From the IMG/VR virus record IMGVR_UViG_3300049893_000201: a DNA stretch of 64,000 bases. One strand, 5' to 3'. Below the pieces are notes generated by a model. It searched no databases. It saw only the letters and a list, made by a program, of their open reading frames with translations, and had not been told where the DNA came from. The translations under genes were made by a program, and so were the position numbers. Numbering within the stretch: the stretch's first letter is position 1; the number at the start of each line of letters is the position of its first letter. Below, piece after piece: positions 1 through 9,799 of the stretch. The DNA comes from an uncultured virus (IMG/VR IMGVR_UViG_3300049893_000201). Lineage: Duplodnaviria; Heunggongvirae; Uroviricota; Caudoviricetes.

Positions 1-804
1 TCTAACAATATTACCGTCTTTATCCGTAATTACATATACAAAAGCATTATTATAATCCTCGATTATATAATCTTTCTCCATACCAGACATGAGTACATCC
101 TTTACATGAGGATAAGTATCTTCAATATCTAGCTCTCTATATTTAATAAGAGATATATGTAAACCACCAGCTACACCTTCGTACGGTATACCGGCCAAGT
201 CTTCTTTACCACTACTATATACTTTATCTAATATATTTTTAGTAAACTTGGTATAGAAGATCATTCTTGGATCTTGGCCCTTCTCTAAGTTACCGTCTAT
301 AAGTTCTTGTATAGATGTGGTAATTGCTGAATTTGGTTTTAGCGTTTCCCCATATACAGTATTACTATTACGGCGAACTATAGCTTCTCTTACCGCTTGC
401 ATTTGCTGATCAAGAGTAAGAGCTTGTTTAACTTCTGCTAAATCCTGTGATGGATTTGTATTAACCCCTAGGAATTCTGCTACATAGTCAAATCCTTTTT
501 TTGGATCAGATGCTGCAATAGTATAGTCATCTACTTCATCATTACTATATCCCTTTTTACGTAAAGGGGTTAGTCTTTGATCTCTACCATAAACCTGTTT
601 AATAAATACTCCAGCCATACGAGCATAGTCAATAGCCGAGTTTTGGTTCTTGGTATTAGCATTTACTATATCGTAAATAGCTTTAAGGTAATCTTTTAGG
701 TTAAAGTTTTCCTTATTTTCAGGTTTTACTAAATCTAAAAGATCTCCCGCGACTTTTACTCGGAGAGATCTTAGTTGTTTGTCGGATAAAGCGCAAGTTA
801 TCAT
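1..804 (-). CDS. 5' part of a large virion cargo/ejection-region protein (runs off the window; MITCALSDKQLRSLRVKVAGDLL...)
   Basis: ATG at 804-802 overlaps the TAA of the upstream gene (TAATG coupling); frame open in the portion I translated; absent from the ORF track, presumably because no stop falls in the window. Confidence 0.8.
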   Translation of the reverse strand, partial: MITCALSDKQLRSLRVKVAGDLLDLVKPENKENFNLKDYLKAIYDIVNANTKNQNSAIDYARMAGVFIKQVYGRDQRLTPLRKKGYSNDEVDDYTIAASDPKKGFDYVAEFLGVNTNPSQDLAEVKQALTLDQQMQAVREAIVRRNSNTVYGETLKPNSAITTSIQELIDGNLEKGQDPRMIFYTKFTKNILDKVYSSGKEDLAGIPYEGVAGGLHISLIKYRELDIEDTYPHVKDVLMSGMEKDYIIEDYNNAFVYVITDKDGNIVR

Positions 805-3800
805 TATTCGCAGCCTAAGGAGTTTTCAAAATCATTATTTCTTTCTTCAGCAGATTTAGATTCTGCAGCAGCAATGTCTTCTTCGATAGCTGTATCGGAG
901 TTAATGTCTAAGGCATTATCTAAGTTTTCATTAGATGTTTTAACCTCGTCCGGGGTAGCTGTAACAGTTACTGGTATTTTCTCAGAATCTTCTCTATACA
1001 TGTACTCTACTTGGTTATTAAACTCATCTCTAGATAGTTCAACTAGCTCGTCAGAGTTTATAGGTTTAACTTTTACATTGTTGTTGGTAGAGTTCTTATA
1101 CATAACTTGAACAATACCAGAACGGCCGTAGGTTTTTCTATCCTTCATCACAAGTAAATCCCCTTTACCTACTTCTTCAAAGGTAGGAATTTTTGAGGAC
1201 AATTCCTGCATTTTTTTATTAATAAGTTCTGTGTATTCGTCAATAGTCATACCCTCATCTTCAGCCATTAAACTAGTGACATTCATTTTAATATCTTCTA
1301 GTTCTTCTAAAGACTGAGCGTTCTCTATACTTTGTTTTACTTTACCCTTAATTTTCTCTTTATAGGTTGCAGCTTTTGCTTTACCCATCAAGACGTCGGC
1401 TAAAGAATCTTTAATAACCATAACAGAACTTCCACGAGTATTGGTAACTTTCTTAGCACCTAACTCATAGTTTCTTATAGCGGAAACTCTACCCTTTCCT
1501 ACGATATCTGCTAATGCCTCGTTGTCTTCATTTATTAACACTACGTCAGCTTTATTAGCAAAACGTCCAATATCTGTAACAACGGTGATACCTGAACTAG
1601 CTAAAACTTCCATATCTGCCCATAACTGATCATAGACCTCTAATGCCTGATTTCTATCTTTTTTAAATAGATCATACATTATCTCGTCTATAGGTTTATC
1701 TACCTTTATACCAAGACCTTCTAAAACATCTTTAATTAAATCGGCTGAGCTTTTAACGTCTGGTGATGCCGCTGCGGCTTCTGCTAAGTCTGCTCCAAGA
1801 GTTACATATACAATCTTTCCTTGGAACTGCTTCTTAACTCCAGTTTTAGCTTTAACACCTTTTTTATGACTCTCAATTAATGCGTCTACATCATTAGGAT
1901 TTTCAATATACTGACCTAGGGTTTCTCCACTAGGTTTATAGACTACTTCATATAAACCATCGTTATATTGTATGATGTCGTAATCACCTAGAGACTTTAT
2001 AGATTTTACCTCTTCTGGATTTTCTACTTGGCTAGGAGTCAGTCCGTTACGTCTGTTATAGTTACTAATAATTGACGCTGCTCGGTTATTTGTTCTTACC
2101 CACTTACTAAATTGATCCTTAGGTATAATAGGTTTATTATTCTGAATCTGCTCTTGGTTAAACATTGCAAACTCTGCCTGAAGAACTGTTTGTAAGTCCT
2201 TAGGCATATCTATTACTGGGGTATCTTGAGTATAACCCTGTGTAGATTTATTAACTGGCTGAATAGTAACTTCTCCAGTCAATATTGGCTTAGCCTCAAC
2301 TTTATTAGATATAATACCTATAGCTTCGTTTAATGCAGTATTCTTACTAGTATTCTTAATACCAAGAATTTTAGCTAGGAAGTTTCTAATCTTATCTAAT
2401 AACTCTGTCCAAAGATTTGTATTTAAGTTTTTATACGGTACAGCTTCTAAAGCTGAGTTAGCCATAGGATTAGTAATAGCATTAGATAAAAATTCTTCTC
2501 GACTGCTAAGCATAGTTTGGAATAGAGCATGGCTGCTCATATCCTTAATGTCTTTTTTATTAGCCTCATAGTATTCCCTTACGGCATCCATAAGATTATC
2601 TACCGCTAAATTAAATGCAGCGTCTTCTTTATTTTCAGCTACTACCTTCTGAATCAATGGATTAAGTACAGAGTATTCAAAAGCTACCCGATCTGTGTTA
2701 AAATCAGCTGATGAATATCTTGGATCTATTACAATACCTTCTTGCTCACTGTAGCCAAATGGTTTTGACTCTGTAAGTGACACTGTAATTTCGTCTTCCG
2801 GTTTAACTGCGGTTAACATTCTACGAGCTAATTCTCGCATAGCAGGTCTTCCGTAGCGATTATTAATTATATAATTTAATACGTCTTTGGCAAGAACTTT
2901 TTGTAGTTTTTCTTTAGGGTCTAATCCTAAAGCATCCATAAAGTTTTTTAAAGTTCTTTTATCGTTATCTGAAACATAGTCAAAAAGTTTTCCGGTATCT
3001 TCTTCTTGGGTAATAGGCTTACCTTTTAAAGAGAATCCGTTACTTGCTTCAAATTCCTCTAAGAATTCTAAAATATCTCTATATCTACCGCTATTTTCTG
3101 AAATAGGTTTTTTAGTTCCAGCATCATAAAAAGTACTAGGAATTCTTTCACCTTTTAATAACGCTGCTATTTCATCAGGATTAAAAAAAGCATTAAACTT
3201 ATTGTACAGTTCTCTAAGTAATTCATTAGCTGCCATTCTTTTCTTAAACTCATCAAATGATTCGTTAAGTTTTTTAGCGGCAATAGCATGCGCCGCTTTA
3301 GCTGCAGCACTAAATTGTTTAGCTGCTTCAGAGAAATAAAGTGGATCATTAAGTAAGTTAACGTTCATACTTGCAGCTCTAGCATCTTGACCAAGTTCCA
3401 AGTAATCTTCTAGATAACTAAATACTCTATCCATGTCTACACGGAGAGAGCTTGGATCAACACCTTCTTCCGATACCTCTGCTAATACTTTTAAGTATTC
3501 TTCAAAGTCAGCTCTTAATTCTTCTCTAAAGAAGTTAGCGTGCTTGGTTGCATCATCTGTCTCATCAAACTCTAGTTCTTGTTGAGAGGATTTAGTTTCA
3601 CCAATAACTTTTAGAGACTTCGCATTTATACTAACCTCTTTAGTTTTTACCTCACCTTTTTCAGTAGTGTACTGGATAGTTGCGCGGGTTTTTGTTTTTT
3701 TAATTACTTTACCCTGAATAGCTAATCCACTTTTAGGTTGATAAGTTACAGTGCTACCTTCTTTAACTGCTTGCACTGTACTTACAGTTTGCTTTACTTC

Positions 3801-6437
3801 TTCTGCAGAAGTCGGATTTATAGCTGCGTTTTTAGCTTTGTTTCTCTCAAGAGAGTGATTAGTCATACTCTCACGTAAACGAAGAAGCTTATCATAAACT
3901 TTTTGTTTATTTTCTGCTATCTTTTGCTGCTTAGCATCACCTTGCTTATATGTAGCTATTTCTCCTTTAAGCGTATCAAGCTCATCGTTTAACTGAGTAA
4001 TATTAAAAATATTAGTTATATTACCTGATTTTATTTTAGACAAAATAGGATCGGCTGATACAGCATTTAATATAGACCCCATTCTACTCTGAGCTTCGTC
4101 AAATGTATACTCATTATAAATAGCTTGCTTACGAGCTTCCTCAAAACCAAAGTAGTCTAGTTGCTCCATAAGATCTTCTGACTCATTATCAAAAGGATTC
4201 CGTATAGATGAATACTTATCGTAACGTGCTTTTATTTCATTAGTCTTTTTTAATACTGAGTCAAGTCTTGATCTAAGATCTTTATTATACTCATCTTTAT
4301 TTCCTGAGTCTTGATCATAACCAAATGCTTGTGTTAACTCATCATCGTTCATTTGCTGGAAAGACTCTAACTGATTTGTAAATAAATCAATATAGCCTCT
4401 ATCGAGTAATGTCTGAACATGGCTAAATATAGAGTCTTGTTTAGCATCTTCGTGTTCTTTCTTATCTCCGTTTTCTTCTGCACGGTCCATTATCTCTGAG
4501 AAATCTTTTTGTGCTTTAATATTAGCATAAATAGGATCATAGAATTTTTTAGGGTCTGCTGCTACATCGTTTAAAAATGTAGTAATCTTTTCTTGTTCTT
4601 CTGCTTTTTTAGCTTCATACTCAGCTCTTTGTGCTTTTTGCTCAGCCGTAGCTGTCCACTGTTGAAACTTCTGAGGAACTTTTTCGGTAAGTAAGGTCTG
4701 AGGACCTTGCACCAAACCTCCCATTAAGAAACCAGATAAGAATGTTTCAGCACCTTGTCCAGATAATTGTGATTTAAATCCTTCTCCTAACTTAGCAGCA
4801 TATGTTGCAGATCCTGCTCTTTCTGGATTAGCATATGTATCAACATAGTAATCCGTCATAGTTTTAGAAATACCTTCTTGATATACTTCTTGCAAACCTT
4901 CACTAAGATTAGCGGCCATATATCTTAAACCATGCTTAGCAATATTTTGCGGTCTAAACTGATTAACTAAATACTTTCTATATTTTGGAGTAAACCATTT
5001 TGCAGGATTCATAGTTTTAGTGTCTATAAATCCTTGGTATTTCTTAGCAGCTTTTTTACTGTAGTCAATAACCATTTCACCTAGCCCACCTTTAGTAAGT
5101 TGTCTAAATGGTTTGAAACCTCCTAAAGCTTTTTCAAATACAATTTTGTTTGAAAAGAAAATAGCGGGCATGTTAGCCATTGTTGTTTTAACTCCTGCCT
5201 CTTTAGCTTGAGCAGCCATTTTTTTCATTTCCTCAGGATCTGGTGCAGAACCATTCTCGGTAATATGTTTTTGCATAAGATCATCAAAAACCTTATTCTG
5301 TACCATACCACCTTCTAATCTTGATTCTGCTAAAGCTGCATTCATACCCCTTAGCTCTCTATAAAATGCGCCAAATGTTTTTTGTGTTTTAGCTATATCT
5401 GTAAGCTTATCAAAACCGTTTGCACCTGTCTTAATATTTTTAATTGTTTCAACAGTATTTTCAAAAGGATTAATAAAATTACCTACACCAGTCCAGAACT
5501 TTCTTGCCTTACTAATATCTTGAACAGAGTTTACAGCTGTACCCATAGCACGACTAGCCTCCGTAACATCAAGTCCTGCTCTAGCTATATCGGATCCTGT
5601 GTCAAAAAGCTTTCCTAATTTTCCAATTTTTGCTGCATTTTGAGAGGTTCTTAGTGCCGCAATTTCTCCTAAAGCTCCTCCAGTAAGTGCCGTAGCTCCC
5701 CATAGTGCAACTTCTTCCGCAATGATTTCTCCTATTACACCAAAGGTGTATGCAGAATTTGCATACATGTTTGTAACAAATCCCCCTACTCCACCACGTG
5801 ATGAGTTAGCAATACTCATCATACGTTCCATCTCCCTAGCGTATTTTGTATCTCCAGATGTATTACCGCTAAATAAATCGTCCCAACTAAAAAGTGTTTG
5901 CTTAAAACCTAATTTGGCAAGCTGTCCCCACTGTGAAGATGCTCTACTAAAATCATCTACCCAGGTACTATTAGCATTATAGTAAGCTTCATTATCTATA
6001 TACGGATTCCAACCTAACTGTTTAAAATTAGGGTGGTTATAATATCTATCAAAGTTAAACTGCTTTGTAGCTCCTGACTCTATTCCCCAAGCTCTTGTTC
6101 TATTTAGAGCATCTGGTTGTGGAATAGCACCGGGCTGCTGGATATTATTAATAAGTTTATTTACATAGTCTTTAGTTCCACCGGCAAAAGGATTTGTAGC
6201 TGGTTTAAACGTAGCTCTTCCTATAGCAGATGGGTCATACGCATTTGTACCTAAATTCTTAGGCACACCATTAGGAATCATTTTACCTGTTCCACCACCT
6301 AAAATCTGATTAATACCCTGCTCCATTCTAGGTACAGCAACATCCATTTGTTGTTTTACTGTACTTAGTAGATTTAGGTATTGATCAATAGGGTCTCCGG
6401 TAGGCTGTGTTGTTGGTGTATCTAGTGCTGATCTCAT
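804..6437 (-). CDS. Giant (1877 aa) putative ejection/internal virion protein with a hydrophobic segment and degenerate zincin-like region
   Basis: Long ORF after the tail genes, where Crassvirales encode giant cargo proteins; hydrophobic Gly/Ala stretch (FGVIGEIIAEEVALWGATALTGGALG); EEFLSNAITNP...LWTELLDKIRNFLAKILGI motif. Confidence 0.65.
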   Translation of the reverse strand: MRSALDTPTTQPTGDPIDQYLNLLSTVKQQMDVAVPRMEQGINQILGGGTGKMIPNGVPKNLGTNAYDPSAIGRATFKPATNPFAGGTKDYVNKLINNIQQPGAIPQPDALNRTRAWGIESGATKQFNFDRYYNHPNFKQLGWNPYIDNEAYYNANSTWVDDFSRASSQWGQLAKLGFKQTLFSWDDLFSGNTSGDTKYAREMERMMSIANSSRGGVGGFVTNMYANSAYTFGVIGEIIAEEVALWGATALTGGALGEIAALRTSQNAAKIGKLGKLFDTGSDIARAGLDVTEASRAMGTAVNSVQDISKARKFWTGVGNFINPFENTVETIKNIKTGANGFDKLTDIAKTQKTFGAFYRELRGMNAALAESRLEGGMVQNKVFDDLMQKHITENGSAPDPEEMKKMAAQAKEAGVKTTMANMPAIFFSNKIVFEKALGGFKPFRQLTKGGLGEMVIDYSKKAAKKYQGFIDTKTMNPAKWFTPKYRKYLVNQFRPQNIAKHGLRYMAANLSEGLQEVYQEGISKTMTDYYVDTYANPERAGSATYAAKLGEGFKSQLSGQGAETFLSGFLMGGLVQGPQTLLTEKVPQKFQQWTATAEQKAQRAEYEAKKAEEQEKITTFLNDVAADPKKFYDPIYANIKAQKDFSEIMDRAEENGDKKEHEDAKQDSIFSHVQTLLDRGYIDLFTNQLESFQQMNDDELTQAFGYDQDSGNKDEYNKDLRSRLDSVLKKTNEIKARYDKYSSIRNPFDNESEDLMEQLDYFGFEEARKQAIYNEYTFDEAQSRMGSILNAVSADPILSKIKSGNITNIFNITQLNDELDTLKGEIATYKQGDAKQQKIAENKQKVYDKLLRLRESMTNHSLERNKAKNAAINPTSAEEVKQTVSTVQAVKEGSTVTYQPKSGLAIQGKVIKKTKTRATIQYTTEKGEVKTKEVSINAKSLKVIGETKSSQQELEFDETDDATKHANFFREELRADFEEYLKVLAEVSEEGVDPSSLRVDMDRVFSYLEDYLELGQDARAASMNVNLLNDPLYFSEAAKQFSAAAKAAHAIAAKKLNESFDEFKKRMAANELLRELYNKFNAFFNPDEIAALLKGERIPSTFYDAGTKKPISENSGRYRDILEFLEEFEASNGFSLKGKPITQEEDTGKLFDYVSDNDKRTLKNFMDALGLDPKEKLQKVLAKDVLNYIINNRYGRPAMRELARRMLTAVKPEDEITVSLTESKPFGYSEQEGIVIDPRYSSADFNTDRVAFEYSVLNPLIQKVVAENKEDAAFNLAVDNLMDAVREYYEANKKDIKDMSSHALFQTMLSSREEFLSNAITNPMANSALEAVPYKNLNTNLWTELLDKIRNFLAKILGIKNTSKNTALNEAIGIISNKVEAKPILTGEVTIQPVNKSTQGYTQDTPVIDMPKDLQTVLQAEFAMFNQEQIQNNKPIIPKDQFSKWVRTNNRAASIISNYNRRNGLTPSQVENPEEVKSIKSLGDYDIIQYNDGLYEVVYKPSGETLGQYIENPNDVDALIESHKKGVKAKTGVKKQFQGKIVYVTLGADLAEAAAASPDVKSSADLIKDVLEGLGIKVDKPIDEIMYDLFKKDRNQALEVYDQLWADMEVLASSGITVVTDIGRFANKADVVLINEDNEALADIVGKGRVSAIRNYELGAKKVTNTRGSSVMVIKDSLADVLMGKAKAATYKEKIKGKVKQSIENAQSLEELEDIKMNVTSLMAEDEGMTIDEYTELINKKMQELSSKIPTFEEVGKGDLLVMKDRKTYGRSGIVQVMYKNSTNNNVKVKPINSDELVELSRDEFNNQVEYMYREDSEKIPVTVTATPDEVKTSNENLDNALDINSDTAIEEDIAAAESKSAEERNNDFENSLGCE

Positions 6438-9400
6438 TGTCCTTGTAATATCTGTTCTAAAGCAGCCATATCTTTTATAGCATTAGGGTTATTTGTTCTC
6501 AGATCCTGCATAAATCCAAGATTAGCTTGAGCTATTGCACTGAATACTTCATGATGCGTAGCATATACAGAATTAATATTTTCACCACCTAGTAGTGTTC
6601 CAAATACTGGGTTCTGTACAAGTTCTCCTAATTCATTTACGGATTGCGCATAACCACTATAGCTAATGCCACCTAATGCATTTTTAGTATATTTAATATT
6701 TCCACCGTACTTATAGTCTAAAGCCAGTTTACCATTATCTAATAAAAATTCTTCTTTAGTTGATTGAGTAGCTAGTAAAGCATTAGACTGTATTTTATCT
6801 GAATCAATAAAGAATGTAATTTGAGGTGTTGTAATCTGTCCATCAGATAAAGCTTTAGCTAATTCCCAGGTGGGTCCATGTTGATCTTTAGTTCCGGCAT
6901 TAGCTTTAACCATCTCTTCACTAAATTCATAAGTTACAGCCATTTTATTTCCATCATTAGCTGCAACAGTATGTACATAAACATTTCCTCTTGACCGATC
7001 TGTTTTTTCATTAGCTTTACCACCTTGTGTAGCTAAAGCTGAAGACATTGCAAAATTTAATATTCTTGCAGCTGCCGCATTATTATCAGCATCTTCATAA
7101 TCATCTTTAGTAATATTAAAACCATTACCAAACATAAACTTAGCACCTTTTTGATTTCTAAATGCCTCACTATCTATAGCGGTTTTAGCATCTTTCATAA
7201 AGATTTCTGTAGCAATTCTAAATCCAGGATCTCCAAAGTTTACAGGATCCCATGAGTACATTGCTGCAGTACCCATTAATCTATTTGCACCTAGCCCCAT
7301 AAGCGCTTGAGTATCAAAAGATTTTAATCCTAAAATTGCTTCTGGATTTTTAGAAAGAGTTTCGTAAGCATCTGTTAAATCATCATACATTTCATCTGCA
7401 TCATCTCGCATATCTGCAAATCTTTCTTCATCTGGAATAGTATATTCAGTACCACTTTCGTATCCAGTAGTACCATATTCTCCAGAACTTGGATAGTTTT
7501 GGTAATCTCCAGTATGTGCTTTAACAAAATCTTCTATAAACTCTTCTCTTGTTTTAGCTCTAGTTTGGTCACTTGTCCAGAACTGACCACTATGCCACTC
7601 ATCCACACCGGACTCCATACTTAAAGCTGCACCAATCTTTTTATTATTTTCTACTAATATTTCTTTTTGTGTTTCTAATACAGCTTTATTACTATTAATT
7701 TCATTATTATTAGCATCAATAGCTGCTTGATACGTAGCTAAAGAAATATTAGGATTTTTTAAATCCAATGGCGCCATACCTGAATTATGCACATTGATTC
7801 TATCGTTAACCTTTATATAGTAATCATTACTATTTGGATCTTTAATAGCGTTATTATTAAATACTAACTCATATGAACCATCCGCTTTTTGTCTAGCAAA
7901 ACCAGATGTACCAACTACTTTTTCTGGGACAGTTATAGTTTGATCACCGGCAAATCCTTGATACACTTCATTACCACCATAGGCCATCCCCGTAGCTCCG
8001 ACGGCTATACCTGCTGCGGCTAATGGCGTTGCTGTACCTAAAGAAAAGACTTCTCCAATACCTGATACAACAGTTAAACCTAACCCACCAATAGCCGTTA
8101 ATGCTCCCATACCAGCCTGTCCCCAATCTGTATCTTTATCGGTAGTATAGCTATAACCTGGTTCTTTTTTCTCAGTATAAATACCAAGAGTTTTTTCAAT
8201 TTCTTGTTTAGCAAGATCTTTTTCTGCTTGAGTAGCTGTACTGTTAGGACCTAATATGGCATTCTGTTTATCTAAGAATAATTGCATGTTTCTTTTAACA
8301 GCATTCTCATCTGCTTGCTCCACATTTGCTATAGCCGCTGCATTTTTTTCTTGAATGTCTGTTTCGTTTAAACTTACGTTACCCGCACCAGGAATAGGAA
8401 TTTGCATACCATTTATACTCAACCCTGTAGGGTCACTACCTGGTACAGACTTACCATTATTCTTCATCATCTCTCCCACTATGTCCATAATTTTTAAGAT
8501 CTTGTCATTATTAAAACGTTGATCTTCTAGGGCGGATGCATATTTAAATTTAACGGCTTCTAAAGAATACTGATCTACTTGTAGATCTTTAATCTTTTCT
8601 TTGGCCATTGCGTATTCTACAGCAGTATTTGTAGCAAACTGATCCATTTTAAAATAAGACATAGCGTTGTCTACCCTAAAACGTAAAGCTTGACGGTCCA
8701 TACCATCAAAGTCTAATAGTTCGGTTTCACTTAATACTTCATTTGTTTTATCAGCATTCTCTGAAGTAATTTGTTGGTCCTGTGCAGTACCTTGGTATAA
8801 TTCAATTAAATCTTTATCTAAGTCCGGATCTATACCTTGTCTAGTAATAGTAGCTTCAATAGCTTTCTTTTTAGTATTAGCTTGATCTTTTTCTTTCTGA
8901 GCCTGAACATTAGCTTCTCTATAATAGCTGTTAATGTCATTAACTTTAGTTTTAAGGTATTCTGTTTCTGCGGCTAGCTCATCTCCTTGAAATTTTTCAG
9001 CATTAGACTTCATGTAATTCTTACGATCTAGGTATGCCTCAGTAGAGAACATATCTTTTACTCTTGGATCATTTAAAAGTACATTACTAAATACACTTTG
9101 TAATTTAGGAATAGCTTGTTGACCATTAGCTCTAGTAATAAAGTACCCTCCCTCTTTTGTAAGAGTCTCAGGATTAATATCATTATCTTTAGCAAATGCA
9201 TATAGCTTACTAGCCGCATCTACAAATGGTACATATCTTAAATTACTGCTAAAGCCTAATGATTCTTCATCACTTGATTTTGAAAAGTCTTCTGCTTGGT
9301 AATCTAAAGCTCTATCTCCTTCTGCCCACCATTGAACTCCTGACTTTGGATCAGGTTTATTACGCAAGCTCTCTCCTTTACTTTTAGCTTTTTGGTAAGA

Positions 9401-9739
9401 CTTAGTAAATACTAGATCTTTTCTAAAGTAAGGATTATCGATAAGAGGTTGAAAAACACCTTTAGCCTGCTGTACATTTTCCTGTAAAGAAAGGTCTACT
9501 CCAGATAAACGCTTTATCTCATTATCTATATCTGTAAAAAACTCATTTCTACGGTCAATATTAGGTTGACGCATAAGATTAGAGTTTAGTAAATCGCCGT
9601 ATAAAGCGCTTATTTTATTATATCCTGCATCATATTGCTGCTGTTTAGCTTCTAAAACTTTTTGAAAAAAGTTAAAGTCAGGCTGAAAAGGCTGAAGCTT
9701 AGGGATGTAATCGGTTATTCCTTGTATGTACGTTGCCAT
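6434..9739 (-). CDS. Putative ejection protein (1101 aa) with a Gly-rich membrane-spanning segment
   Basis: Long ORF; helical N-terminus MATYIQGITDYIP; hydrophobic GMGALTAIGGLGLTVVSG...LAAAGIAVGATGMAYGG; genomic position. Confidence 0.6.
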   Translation of the reverse strand: MATYIQGITDYIPKLQPFQPDFNFFQKVLEAKQQQYDAGYNKISALYGDLLNSNLMRQPNIDRRNEFFTDIDNEIKRLSGVDLSLQENVQQAKGVFQPLIDNPYFRKDLVFTKSYQKAKSKGESLRNKPDPKSGVQWWAEGDRALDYQAEDFSKSSDEESLGFSSNLRYVPFVDAASKLYAFAKDNDINPETLTKEGGYFITRANGQQAIPKLQSVFSNVLLNDPRVKDMFSTEAYLDRKNYMKSNAEKFQGDELAAETEYLKTKVNDINSYYREANVQAQKEKDQANTKKKAIEATITRQGIDPDLDKDLIELYQGTAQDQQITSENADKTNEVLSETELLDFDGMDRQALRFRVDNAMSYFKMDQFATNTAVEYAMAKEKIKDLQVDQYSLEAVKFKYASALEDQRFNNDKILKIMDIVGEMMKNNGKSVPGSDPTGLSINGMQIPIPGAGNVSLNETDIQEKNAAAIANVEQADENAVKRNMQLFLDKQNAILGPNSTATQAEKDLAKQEIEKTLGIYTEKKEPGYSYTTDKDTDWGQAGMGALTAIGGLGLTVVSGIGEVFSLGTATPLAAAGIAVGATGMAYGGNEVYQGFAGDQTITVPEKVVGTSGFARQKADGSYELVFNNNAIKDPNSNDYYIKVNDRINVHNSGMAPLDLKNPNISLATYQAAIDANNNEINSNKAVLETQKEILVENNKKIGAALSMESGVDEWHSGQFWTSDQTRAKTREEFIEDFVKAHTGDYQNYPSSGEYGTTGYESGTEYTIPDEERFADMRDDADEMYDDLTDAYETLSKNPEAILGLKSFDTQALMGLGANRLMGTAAMYSWDPVNFGDPGFRIATEIFMKDAKTAIDSEAFRNQKGAKFMFGNGFNITKDDYEDADNNAAAARILNFAMSSALATQGGKANEKTDRSRGNVYVHTVAANDGNKMAVTYEFSEEMVKANAGTKDQHGPTWELAKALSDGQITTPQITFFIDSDKIQSNALLATQSTKEEFLLDNGKLALDYKYGGNIKYTKNALGGISYSGYAQSVNELGELVQNPVFGTLLGGENINSVYATHHEVFSAIAQANLGFMQDLRTNNPNAIKDMAALEQILQGQ

Positions 9740-9799
9740 GTCTTACTGTAAAAATACGAATAAAATTTTAAAAGTTTAATAAACTTTTTAAGTTTAAAT

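Noticed and set aside
1..9739. Virion RNA polymerase call for the giant ORFs
   Set aside because: No DxDxD catalytic motif of the DFDID type seen in the complete ORFs; it may lie in the truncated gene or beyond the window
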